Shown piece after piece: positions 30,266 to 39,711 of a DNA stretch of 64,000 nt (its first letter is position 1; the number at the start of each line of letters is the position of its first letter). The notes below the pieces were generated by a model. That model ran no database searches. It saw only the letters and a program-made list of their open reading frames with translations, and had not been told where the DNA came from. A program made the position numbers and the translations under genes. Source of the stretch: a virus (Duplodnaviria; Caudoviricetes); IMG/VR virus record IMGVR_UViG_2563367173_000002, positions 1-64,000 of that record; one strand, given 5' to 3'.

Positions 30266-31378
30266 TTATGAAATCAGTGCTAATACCTTATTGGCATCGT
30301 CAATATCCGTAATCAGAGTCGGATTATCATATCCAAGTTCCTTTGACTTTGCAATAATAGGCTTGATCTTATCCATATTAGACTTGTTCTCTTTGATAAA
30401 ATCAGTAATCTTTGATACCACATCTTCAAGCTTCTTTGCTTCCTTCTTGTTCTGTTCTGCCTTGGCAATCTCTTTCAACTTTTCCGCTTCTTTTGCTTCC
30501 TGTTCTGCCTTTGTTTCATCAAAAGACTTGCCAGACTTAGACTGTTCTGCTTTGATTGCATCTGTGATGGCAATAACAAAATCATCTGCTGTCATAGGGA
30601 TTTCATCAACAATATCCGCAAATCTTGAACCACTATCCAATGCCATATTGTCATCTCTGAATTTAATCTTTCTTGTCTGTTCAGAAATCTTATTTACAGT
30701 AATATCTTTCTTGGTAACAACATTCTTCTTACCAGTCTTTTCAGTAATAATTGTTCTGTCATAATAAGCAAGACCTAAAAAGTGCATCTTCTTCTTTAAC
30801 AGATTGAAATATACTTTTTCAACATCAGAAGTTAATGTCTGATATGTTGTTCCTGTTGCAATATCGGTAAGTTCTCTGTTCTTAACATGACCAATAATAA
30901 TTACAGCAACGCCAATTCTACGCATCCTTGTAATAATATCAAACATGTATTCAAAAGCCTTACCCTGCCCCTTCTGAAAACCATTCCATGCTGCATCAAT
31001 ACTATCTGCTCTCTTATCAGGATGATCGACATTCCACTTTCTAATAGCTTCTGATTCAGCCAATTTAATCCATCCATCGTATGTATCAATAACAATAGCT
31101 TTCAAATTGCTATATTCTGTAGTTTTGTTGCTCTCGATATCGTCAATAATATCTTCTACCTTATCCCAATCGTCACAATCCTCATATACAATGCCGGAAA
31201 TTGCATCTGCACCAGCTTCACCATTCATCTCCAAGAAGATATAACCATCTTCACCAGCTAATTTCTCACAAACTTCTTTAATAATAGTGGTCTTACCAAT
31301 CTTAGGTTCCCCAAGCAAACAAATATTATATGATAATGGATCAATCTTTACTTCATTCTTTTTTCCGTATTTTCCCAA
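30266..31378 (-). CDS. AAA_24 / Sak4-like ATPase
   Basis: GEPKIGKTT, IVIDT, IGH; TTG start after AAGGAG. Confidence 0.85.
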   Translation of the reverse strand: MGKYGKKNEVKIDPLSYNICLLGEPKIGKTTIIKEVCEKLAGEDGYIFLEMNGEAGADAISGIVYEDCDDWDKVEDIIDDIESNKTTEYSNLKAIVIDTYDGWIKLAESEAIRKWNVDHPDKRADSIDAAWNGFQKGQGKAFEYMFDIITRMRRIGVAVIIIGHVKNRELTDIATGTTYQTLTSDVEKVYFNLLKKKMHFLGLAYYDRTIITEKTGKKNVVTKKDITVNKISEQTRKIKFRDDNMALDSGSRFADIVDEIPMTADDFVIAITDAIKAEQSKSGKSFDETKAEQEAKEAEKLKEIAKAEQNKKEAKKLEDVVSKITDFIKENKSNMDKIKPIIAKSKELGYDNPTLITDIDDANKVLALIS

Positions 31379-31451
31379 GTTATTATTCTCCTTATATTTT
31401 GAATTTGCGAGGTTGCATCCAAGCAACCTCAATATAAATAATCTTTATATT

Positions 31452-32633
31452 TTACAGATTATCCAACCAACTACTGTCATCATTAGCAGGTACTTCTTCG
31501 TCTTCTGTATCTATTGCTTCTTCAGATGTATCTCCGCTATCGTCATTGTCACCAGTCATAAAGTCAAGAATCAGATCCTCTTCATCATACTTCTTCTCAA
31601 ACTTCTGAATAACAGGTGTCTTATTGCCGTCTTTGTCCTCAACCATCTTGATTGAAGGTTTTCTGATTACCATTCTCTTTTCTCTGCCAGAACTTACTGT
31701 ACATTTTGCCAATGCTTCTTCGAGAGTATAAACGCCGATTTCAATAAGCGTTTTGATATCATCTGGAATATCATCTTCTGTTGCAGTTACAACCGCTCCA
31801 CCTTCGATTAAATCACCCTCAAATGTAACCTCTGTTACACCCTTCTGTACCTTGAATACCTTTTCTACGACTTTCTGAGAAGTTGCAGGATCAGAAAGAT
31901 TCAACTCATATTCAAATGCCTTATCATATGGGATATTAGTTTTTACTTCCTTACCCTTATATTCCTTGACATAATCAAGTACTTTCGCATAAATTGGAAG
32001 AACACCCGTATCCTTATCTGCCTTACCTACGCTGTCTTTTGTAAGTAACATTGTTTGAGTAAATCTAGCACAATATTTACTACTATCATCGACCTTAGAG
32101 AGTACGACACTATTGATTTCTTTTTTTACCTGTGTCACATCATTGTATGTAGAGTATTTCAAATTGCCTTTGACATTTACAACCATACCTTCTTCCAAGT
32201 TGTCCTTGATATAAGCAATCATGTCATAAGGCGAAAGGAATTTCTTATAAAATACTTTTCCACCCTTATCACGTTCCAAGCCAACTGTCAGGAAGCAAAG
32301 ATCTCCAACGGATTCAAGAATGGTTTCATCAAATCTGTCATCCCAATCAATAGTAAATTTGTTGTCAAAATCATCTTTTCCATCTTCGCCTTTACCATGA
32401 ACATATACTACATTGTCTCTTTCTGCGCCATATCCACCCATCAACTCTGCATATACTGTTCCGCAAGTTTCTCCACAATATACGCCCAAATTGAGACTGT
32501 TATAAATCCAATCTGACTTCTCTGACTTCTCATCTGTCTTATAGGTATACTCATTAATCTTTGCCTCACCGATAAGCATGAATGAATTTGACCAGTTCTT
32601 CTTTTCTAACACTTTCTTTTCCTTTTTTGCCAT
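31452..32633 (-). CDS. putative single-stranded DNA-binding protein
   Basis: OB-like VVNVKGNLKYSTY, acidic tail ending SWLDNL (the same tail ends the nuclease 25957..27147); position in the module. Confidence 0.6.
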   Translation of the reverse strand: MAKKEKKVLEKKNWSNSFMLIGEAKINEYTYKTDEKSEKSDWIYNSLNLGVYCGETCGTVYAELMGGYGAERDNVVYVHGKGEDGKDDFDNKFTIDWDDRFDETILESVGDLCFLTVGLERDKGGKVFYKKFLSPYDMIAYIKDNLEEGMVVNVKGNLKYSTYNDVTQVKKEINSVVLSKVDDSSKYCARFTQTMLLTKDSVGKADKDTGVLPIYAKVLDYVKEYKGKEVKTNIPYDKAFEYELNLSDPATSQKVVEKVFKVQKGVTEVTFEGDLIEGGAVVTATEDDIPDDIKTLIEIGVYTLEEALAKCTVSSGREKRMVIRKPSIKMVEDKDGNKTPVIQKFEKKYDEEDLILDFMTGDNDDSGDTSEEAIDTEDEEVPANDDSSWLDNL

Positions 32634-32694
32634 TAAGCAGCATTCCTCCTGTAAAATAAAATTATTAAAATATTTTCAAATTATATATAACATC

Positions 32695-32892
32695 AACAGC
32701 CTTTTCAGACTGGAACATAGAGATTAAATCTATATAAAATCTATGCTAATCAGTGGTTTATGGCTAAATTTTGCGTAATTTAAGCCACGGGTATGCTGTT
32801 TACCACCCAAAAACGAATATAACTGTTCAGTTGTAATTATTGGAATTGTCTACGGATAACCGTGCGAATTGTTTACTTGTTACTGCAAGTAT
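32695..32892 (-). ncRNA. candidate structured RNA / leader upstream of the ssb-like gene
   Basis: Six to seven consecutive hairpins in a 300-bp ORF-free gap. Confidence 0.4.
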
Positions 32893-32938
32893 TTATAATT
32901 TATTATTCTCTATTTTATCAAACCACATATTGATAAAA

Positions 32939-33604
32939 TTATCTCAACTGACATTTATACGCCAATTTCTTTTCTACCCATCCATCTTTATACTTTATAT
33001 CACAGGATAAATGAAATTCATCATACTGTAGACTAGAAATCTGTGCGTCTTTTTGAATTGAATTACCAAGCATATTAGTTATTGCATGAAAACCTCCTAC
33101 TGCCAATCCATCGTATTCTACATATGCTTGTATGTAATCCTCCCAGCTATCTACAGAAACCATTCGTGATTGATGATCAAAGATTTCGCCTTCCTTTATA
33201 CTCAAATTTGTTTCTATAACCTTTGTTTCTATGTTATTTCTATCTGGATACAAGCCTCTATAGTATGGTCTGATAACCCTTAAAACTAAATCATACAACT
33301 GATTGGTACACATAAAAAATTGAAACCTTCTGCAATCTGTATCTCTTAATAATGCACCAACAATTTCTTGAATCAACCAATCTTTCATTGCTCCCCTATC
33401 AAAGAACGAATTACTTTCCAAATATATATCAACCAAATTAGGAAAATCTTTCTCTCTTTCTGCAAGTTCATACTTATATACTTCTTTATAGGGAACTCCG
33501 TATTCATCAACAGAAGAATCGGTTAAAAGTTTAAATACATTATCCCAACTATTATGTAATATTCGAGACAATTTATCTTTATCATCTTGATTAAGTTTCT
33601 CCAA
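32939..33604 (-). CDS. hypothetical protein
   Basis: GGAGGTG RBS plus TTG. Confidence 0.7.
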   Translation of the reverse strand: MEKLNQDDKDKLSRILHNSWDNVFKLLTDSSVDEYGVPYKEVYKYELAEREKDFPNLVDIYLESNSFFDRGAMKDWLIQEIVGALLRDTDCRRFQFFMCTNQLYDLVLRVIRPYYRGLYPDRNNIETKVIETNLSIKEGEIFDHQSRMVSVDSWEDYIQAYVEYDGLAVGGFHAITNMLGNSIQKDAQISSLQYDEFHLSCDIKYKDGWVEKKLAYKCQLR

Positions 33605-33620
33605 TATTTCACCTCCCTCA

Positions 33621-34391
33621 TTACAGAATCCTTATAATTTGCTCATATAAATAGCTACTTCTCTCCCAATGGAAAGTTTTGTTTTGATGAAAATGTCCAA
33701 ACATCCAATGCTTATAATCAACATTCTGCTTAATCTCTTGTAAATAATCAGTCAGTCTATGTCTCTGATATAATCCTGAGCCACCATCCATCTGTCTAAG
33801 CAATGAAGTATATGGACTATGAGTAATGATATAATCTACTTGATTATTCTGCTTTTTAAGATTAGCTAATCCCTCATTCATTTCTTCTTCATTTGGAAGT
33901 TCTCTTTCCCACCAACTTACATGATTAATTCTGTATAAAGCATATGGATTCTTGTCTAACTTTTTCTTCTTCTCTTTGAAGTCCGGATCATCAGGTTCCA
34001 AAATACCTGCAGATATATCATGGCTGCTTGCGCCTCCAAAAGCAAAGAATGACTTATCTTCTATGTCAAATATCTGTCCTCTCATTAGATGAATAACTGA
34101 TGGACGAATGAAATGCACATTTCCTCCGTGCCATTTTTCTATTGGGTAATCATCAAGTCTATCAAAATTATCATGATTGCCATCAACAAATAATGTGGTA
34201 AATGGTTTATTTTCAAGCCAATCTAACCAATACTTCTCAGTTTTATTTTCTCCGCTATAATCCCACACAAGACCAAAATCACCAAGAATAATTACCACAT
34301 CATCTTTTGTCATTTCCTTCTGCTCTGGAAAAATATCTGTTGAAAATCTTTGTGGATTTCCGTGTATATCACCTGTGATCCAAACCGCCAT
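33621..34391 (-). CDS. calcineurin-like metallophosphoesterase
   Basis: GDIHG, LGDFG, DGNHD, ITHS, FGHFH. Confidence 0.9.
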   Translation of the reverse strand: MAVWITGDIHGNPQRFSTDIFPEQKEMTKDDVVIILGDFGLVWDYSGENKTEKYWLDWLENKPFTTLFVDGNHDNFDRLDDYPIEKWHGGNVHFIRPSVIHLMRGQIFDIEDKSFFAFGGASSHDISAGILEPDDPDFKEKKKKLDKNPYALYRINHVSWWERELPNEEEMNEGLANLKKQNNQVDYIITHSPYTSLLRQMDGGSGLYQRHRLTDYLQEIKQNVDYKHWMFGHFHQNKTFHWERSSYLYEQIIRIL

Positions 34392-34393
34392 AA

Positions 34394-34516
34394 CTACCTC
34401 CTATCTGCTTTCTTTTGCTTTTTCTCTTTCTGTAACTTTGCTTCCTCAGCTAACTTATTCTCTAACTTTCTTGTGATACTTCTCATCTTGCCTACCAGCT
34501 TACATGTAATCCCCAT
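34394..34516 (-). CDS. small basic hypothetical protein
   Basis: MGITCKLVGKMRSITRKLEN.. within ORF 34394..34585. Confidence 0.45.
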   Translation of the reverse strand: MGITCKLVGKMRSITRKLENKLAEEAKLQKEKKQKKADRR

Positions 34517-35102
34517 ATGTATATTTTCTCTTTTTTCTACACTCTTTCGTGTGATAAAAAATGAATATGTAAAATAAATTGTCAATCATATTACCAAATG
34601 TGGCAACACATAACATAATCTCAAAGTTCAAATTTAAGAACATTGCTATTACTGATCCTAAAATAGTTGCAAGTGAAGAAACCGAATTATTGTTGTTATC
34701 AAAATGTTCTCTCTTTTCTTCTGAATTATATCTGATAGCACGTAATTTAACTCCACCACAGCATATATTTCTTGTTATAACAGCAAATACAATAGTATCT
34801 AATAGATAATAAGCAACGATATTTCTTGTTGTAATTGCATATATTGTTGTTAATATTCCAAACACAGTTTCTAACACGCAATATACAGGATAAAAATTAA
34901 ATAGTTTTTCTGACTTATTATTCCATATCCATCCATATACAATAATACTAATACAATTTATAATTTGATTTAGTGCAATTAATGAGTCAGAAGCCACCAT
35001 TATAACCTCTTTGTGTATATACGGATATGTTGATGAATGAAAAATAGTTGTCAAAAATGTTGCCATTAGCATTCCATCAATCGTATACTTCTTTTTATTT
35101 AT
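34500..35102 (-). CDS. membrane protein (MFS-half-like); probable ATA start
   Basis: Multiple hydrophobic helices; GGAGGAGGTGAGG precedes an in-frame ATA at 35102. Confidence 0.65.
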   Translation of the reverse strand: MNKKKYTIDGMLMATFLTTIFHSSTYPYIHKEVIMVASDSLIALNQIINCISIIVYGWIWNNKSEKLFNFYPVYCVLETVFGILTTIYAITTRNIVAYYLLDTIVFAVITRNICCGGVKLRAIRYNSEEKREHFDNNNNSVSSLATILGSVIAMFLNLNFEIMLCVATFGNMIDNLFYIFIFYHTKECRKKRKYTYGDYM

Positions 35103-35159
35103 TCAAACCTCACCTCCTCCAAGTCCACACCATGAAATAAGAATTTCAACTGCCTATCA

Positions 35160-35207
35160 CATCAGTATATAATGTTTATTGTCTTTGCATTATACAATAT
35201 GTTGTAT
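35160..35207. promoter_or_regulatory. tandem NrdR-box pair (one box degenerate)
   Basis: CAGTATATAA at 35163 and CAATATGTTG at 35195 (32-bp offset). Confidence 0.4.
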
Positions 35208-35210
35208 ATT

Positions 35211-35606
35211 TTATCTGCTTATCACAACATATATTGTCCATGTAACAAAAATCTGTGCTATGTGTATCCACTGATCCTGAATTAGGTTAATTTTCATCAA
35301 ATTTGCTTTTGCATTATCCGTAATTGTGTGTATCAGCCAATTCATTGTAAATATTACAATAAATAATAGGATATTTAGCTGCAATCCACAAACCACAGAA
35401 TAAATAATGATTGGAATATGGATCATAAAAGTCCAACTAAATGCGTGTTCCACCAACGCCATTATGTAATCATTCTTATACAACGGACTCGGAGCATTTT
35501 GTTCCCACCACTTCTTTTGTTTTGCTGATGCAAGCCAGCCTTGTAAGTAATAGTCATCTACAATGTGACAAAATAGCATACATAAAATTAGAATTGTTTC
35601 TCTCAA
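35211..35606 (-). CDS. DUF3307-like membrane protein
   Basis: HIVDDYYLQ, H..D..K, DQWIH. Confidence 0.75.
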   Translation of the reverse strand: MRETILILCMLFCHIVDDYYLQGWLASAKQKKWWEQNAPSPLYKNDYIMALVEHAFSWTFMIHIPIIIYSVVCGLQLNILLFIVIFTMNWLIHTITDNAKANLMKINLIQDQWIHIAQIFVTWTIYVVISR

Positions 35607-35658
35607 TAATATCTTCTCCTTTTTTATATTTTTGTTCTTGAAAGAACGCTTTCAAGTA

Positions 35659-36450
35659 CTATTTATCAAACCAATAAACATTAGAATTTTCTTTTTTTTC
35701 CTTATGATAGTCGCCAATCCAATGGAACTGTCCATGATCTCTACACCAATCATGACATGCTGACAAAACGTTTGAAAAATTTATCAGATTGGGATTCGAT
35801 ATCAATAACTCCAAATCCATATTTCTAATGGAATCTATTAAGTCTCTCTTGTATACTTCTTCATATGGGATTTTATCGATTATCAAAGTCAAATTATCTT
35901 TATCAAAACTTACTTCTCCGCATGCGAAATAATGCTTTTCTTCATTTACTCCGTCATGGTAACAAGAATATGTCCTATTTTTTAGTTTTTTAATTCTTCC
36001 CACACACATTTTTTCTATAAAATCTACTGCTGGATCAAAAAACTTGCTTTTATCTAATGTATATTTAACTGTATATAATCCGTCTTCTCTTATTTCAAGA
36101 TACTTTGTTCCAGAATACATTTGAATAGGTATTGGATTCTCTTTTACAAGTCCTATCTTCTTTGCATAGGATAGAAGATTTTCATCTTCATCGTGTACTC
36201 CAAATGGAATTCCACAAATAATAGAAAAGGCAGTTCTCGCATCAAGCCAATTACTTTTCATATATAAACTTCCATCTTCTCTAACTCCTACATTATCAGC
36301 TTCACCTTTCTCATAGATTTCTTTCACCTCATCAAGATTAAAATAAAAATCAGATTTACAATCATACCATCCAATTTCAATCCACTGATCTGTCCATCCA
36401 CCCATATAATCAGTCATTACATGTGTATTATCTATAAAATATTTTTTCAT
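35659..36450 (-). CDS. hypothetical protein
   Basis: AAGGAG RBS. Confidence 0.7.
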   Translation of the reverse strand: MKKYFIDNTHVMTDYMGGWTDQWIEIGWYDCKSDFYFNLDEVKEIYEKGEADNVGVREDGSLYMKSNWLDARTAFSIICGIPFGVHDEDENLLSYAKKIGLVKENPIPIQMYSGTKYLEIREDGLYTVKYTLDKSKFFDPAVDFIEKMCVGRIKKLKNRTYSCYHDGVNEEKHYFACGEVSFDKDNLTLIIDKIPYEEVYKRDLIDSIRNMDLELLISNPNLINFSNVLSACHDWCRDHGQFHWIGDYHKEKKENSNVYWFDK

Positions 36451-36489
36451 TTATCTCCTTTATGCCAAATGAAATTTCGGATTCATCGG

Positions 36490-36804
36490 TTATTCATATA
36501 TTGTGACTGTTTTTGCTACTTTTTGTCGTATCATACGACATTCAACAGTTTCAATAAAAAATGGTGCAACATCAACTTTTTCAATAATAGGAAATTCAGT
36601 CCCACGAATAGTAGCCCATCTTCCATGCCGTTCTAAATCTGATATTGTAACAATACCATGATTATCTTGAAGATATTTTAAATCACAAAGTAAATATTTC
36701 CTGTCATACGAACAATCACCACTATTTTCAAAATTCTTTAAATCCACTACTACAACTGGATAACCATTATCCTTTACTACATCACCTATTTGTGGTATAT
36801 ACAT
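36490..36804 (-). CDS. hypothetical protein
   Basis: GGGAG RBS. Confidence 0.65.
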   Translation of the reverse strand: MYIPQIGDVVKDNGYPVVVVDLKNFENSGDCSYDRKYLLCDLKYLQDNHGIVTISDLERHGRWATIRGTEFPIIEKVDVAPFFIETVECRMIRQKVAKTVTIYE

Positions 36805-36819
36805 AATATTTCTCCCTTC

Positions 36820-37299
36820 TTAATCATTGATAATCTCATAAATAATATCATCGTGATATTTTCCATATTTATCTTTAACAGCATCTCTCAGAACGTACTT
36901 AGTGCCACCAAATTTATCACAAAACTTATCGTAATGTTTTTCTATTGGATTACCACCTATCATTCGCCATTCAATTCTATGTAAGTTATACTCATAAATA
37001 AGTTTCTTCAATTCACTATATAAATCTATTCCTACAATTGGATTGCCTCTATCAAAAGAAATTAATCCAAATCTGGAAGCACAAGAATTATACCAATCAA
37101 TATGATAATCAAGATATCCAACTAATTTTTCTTCTGAATTTACAATAGCAAATTGAAATCTTCCTGTTTCGGTTTCTTCTTGAATATTTGGCAACCAATT
37201 ATTTAAACCTCCAGTTTCGTACATCATATCATCCGAATAGTAATATCTTTTAAATGCTTCTTGTATTTCATTTTTCTTTATAATTGCAGGTATTAACAA
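36820..37299 (-). CDS. GNAT-like (RimJ-type) protein
   Basis: FAIV..LVGY, LHRIEW..NP, GKYHD. Confidence 0.65.
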   Translation of the reverse strand: MLIPAIIKKNEIQEAFKRYYYSDDMMYETGGLNNWLPNIQEETETGRFQFAIVNSEEKLVGYLDYHIDWYNSCASRFGLISFDRGNPIVGIDLYSELKKLIYEYNLHRIEWRMIGGNPIEKHYDKFCDKFGGTKYVLRDAVKDKYGKYHDDIIYEIIND

Positions 37300-37337
37300 T
37301 CAAAAATCACCTCCCATCAAGTCTTGAAACCAAGATT

Positions 37338-37979
37338 CTATCCGATTATGTGTCGAAATTCTTCCATCCTTTTATCTTTAAATAAATAGTTCCCCTCAAT
37401 AATACTAATAATAGATATACATACATTGTTTTGTTCCCAACTTTTATCCCATGAAATATTATCATTAACTCTATAACTCCAATACAACGATATATTCTTT
37501 GGTAAAATTTTTTCAAAAATCATTCCATCCATATCCATATCATCTAAGAAATATTCTTTATAAGGTTTAATTTCTTTGATGAAAAAATCAAAGTACACTT
37601 CAGGCGTAATATTTTTTCCATTATATTGTTTATTAAGTTTTAATAAGAGTGATTTAATTGTTTCTAATTCCCATTTATATAATGTTTCAATTTCTTTATC
37701 ATAGACATCGGCATTTATACAAATTGGATATGATCTTAACAAAGGAAGTTTTTGTATTATTCTATTTTTTTCCAGGTTATTACTGTAAATTTTTAATAAA
37801 TGTGTAACAAAACAACTTTCTATATCTACTCCTTTTTTCTCTAATCTCTTCAGTATACTCTCCTTTGATACTATTTTGTTATTGGTCAAAAATGTCAAAC
37901 AAATATTTTCCAACCATTCAATATAACCATCTTTTTTATCTGTATCTATTTTTACATTTTTCATATTAAATTTCTCCAA
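37338..37979 (-). CDS. hypothetical protein (AT-rich)
   Basis: Single ORF between two palindrome copies. Confidence 0.6.
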   Translation of the reverse strand: MEKFNMKNVKIDTDKKDGYIEWLENICLTFLTNNKIVSKESILKRLEKKGVDIESCFVTHLLKIYSNNLEKNRIIQKLPLLRSYPICINADVYDKEIETLYKWELETIKSLLLKLNKQYNGKNITPEVYFDFFIKEIKPYKEYFLDDMDMDGMIFEKILPKNISLYWSYRVNDNISWDKSWEQNNVCISIISIIEGNYLFKDKRMEEFRHIIG

Positions 37980-38002
37980 TTGAAATTAACCTTTTCAATG
38001 GC

Positions 38003-38893
38003 TTATTCATCTTTAAATTCTGTATCCTCAGTAACCATTGCACTATCTATAATCTGAACATAAGTGTTTTCATCAGGAGTAATGACAACGGGTTCCTTAG
38101 TTAATCCCCAAAATGTAAGTTGATTTCCCTCTGCTTTTATTACACTTCCGTCCCATTCCAGTATCTTTGTACTAAGTTTTACCTTTCCAGGAAGTAACGT
38201 AACCACCTTTGCCTCTTTGTCTTTATAATCTATATCCTTAATTCTATCTTCTATTTCTGGATATATCATTTTTACTTTATCAAATATATCTGGCATATAT
38301 CGTTTTAGCTGAGAACAAAATTTAGGAATTTCTTCTCTTTGATAAGATGTAATCTCACCGCCCATCATTGCTCTTGGTCTATATTTTATAAGTTCTACAA
38401 TGAATTCTGGTGTAAAATTTTCTTTCCTGATAATATCTCCATCACCCTTAAAGAAATTTTTTTCTCTAATGGAATTTGAGTAATTGATCAAATGTGGTAA
38501 CGGAAGAAACACATAATCACCAATATAACATAAAAATTTTAAATCTCCTTTGGAATATGCAACATCTCCATACTCATCTTTTCTCTTTCGTATTAAGTCA
38601 CCACATCTTCTTGCAGCTTTTGTATATCCTTCTTCTCTTTTTATTTGTCCATAAGAACAAGAGTGAGCATATAATCCGTTTAACATTGCACACTTATTTC
38701 TTTTGCAAGCATCACAATTTTCTGAATTATTGCAAGTGTAAACCGTGACCCTCTCTCTATCTCTTCTACCAGCTTTAAATAAACTGTTTCGTGGATCATA
38801 ATATGTAAAATTTATTGGAATGTAATTACTAATATCTTTCACCTCTTCTATAATAGAATTTTGCTTAATTTTTATTTTTATATCATTGACCAA
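38003..38893 (-). CDS. hypothetical protein (start may be ATT at 38833)
   Basis: Cys-containing N-terminus; GAGGTG precedes the ATT. Confidence 0.7.
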   Translation of the reverse strand: MVNDIKIKIKQNSIIEEVKDISNYIPINFTYYDPRNSLFKAGRRDRERVTVYTCNNSENCDACKRNKCAMLNGLYAHSCSYGQIKREEGYTKAARRCGDLIRKRKDEYGDVAYSKGDLKFLCYIGDYVFLPLPHLINYSNSIREKNFFKGDGDIIRKENFTPEFIVELIKYRPRAMMGGEITSYQREEIPKFCSQLKRYMPDIFDKVKMIYPEIEDRIKDIDYKDKEAKVVTLLPGKVKLSTKILEWDGSVIKAEGNQLTFWGLTKEPVVITPDENTYVQIIDSAMVTEDTEFKDE

Positions 38894-38914
38894 TACACAT
38901 ATGCGTGCTATAAT
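38886..38914 (+). promoter_or_regulatory. sigma-A promoter
   Basis: TTGACC-17bp-TATAAT with an extended TG. Confidence 0.75.
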
Positions 38915-38950
38915 GTATAATTAATATTTCAATTCAAGGAGGTATATTGA

Positions 38951-39127
38951 ATGAAAAACGAATTAAGTTCCGTATTAAATAATGGTATCTTATCAAATCC
39001 TGGAGATGAACTCTACGCACGTATTACCCCCACTGGTCGCAAAGTAATAAAGGTTAAAAAGAATGGGAAAAAAGCTAGTGCGACACAATACAAAAGTGGG
39101 AAAACCGTATATACATTTAGTTCGTAA
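38951..39127 (+). CDS. 58-aa basic protein, moron-like (not in ORF track)
   Basis: AAGGAGG RBS; MKNELSSVLNNGILSNPGDELYARITPTGRKVIKVKKNGKKASATQYKSGKTVYTFSS*. Confidence 0.75.
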   Translation: MKNELSSVLNNGILSNPGDELYARITPTGRKVIKVKKNGKKASATQYKSGKTVYTFSS

Positions 39128-39147
39128 TTAACAGAATATCTTTATTG

Positions 39148-39182
39148 TTCCTCTAAGCAGTTACGGCTTAGAGGAATTTTTT
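39148..39182 (+). terminator. intrinsic terminator
   Basis: ttcctctaagc-agttacg-gcttagaggaa followed by a T run. Confidence 0.8.
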
Positions 39183-39210
39183 ATCCTTTGAAACTCTGGA
39201 TTTATTGTCC

Positions 39211-39690
39211 TTACATATAATCCTTGATCCTATTTTCATTTGAATCAATTAAATATAAATCTTCCAATTTACCATCTTTAGGTAGTGTCCAACTATATCT
39301 GCATGGACGCTCATCAAAAAACTTTTTGATTCTTCTAATAACAATTTCTTCCCAGTACTCATTTAAGGGTTTTACCAACTGAATTGCTAATGAATTACAC
39401 TCATCTGTCATATGATAAAATGTCATCTGTTCCCAATCATCAACATCTTGATATGTTTCCATTAAATATTCGTCTTTTAACTCATAATCATCATAGTAAT
39501 CTTTTCTTTTAGAACTGAATTCCTCTTCCCAAAACAAATCCATTTCATAATCGCCATGAAAATTACCCATTTCCATCTGGACATTATCAAGCGTTCCCAA
39601 GGCATAACTTATTAGTTCTCTTTCAAAATTTCCCGTATAACTGTTTGTCTTTATAATTAATTCATAATTCGGAATCTGTTGCACTCTCAT
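39211..39690 (-). CDS. hypothetical protein
   Basis: GGAGG RBS; TNSYTGNFERE. Confidence 0.7.
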   Translation of the reverse strand: MRVQQIPNYELIIKTNSYTGNFERELISYALGTLDNVQMEMGNFHGDYEMDLFWEEEFSSKRKDYYDDYELKDEYLMETYQDVDDWEQMTFYHMTDECNSLAIQLVKPLNEYWEEIVIRRIKKFFDERPCRYSWTLPKDGKLEDLYLIDSNENRIKDYM

Positions 39691-39711
39691 AATTTTTCCT
39701 CCAATATCTGA

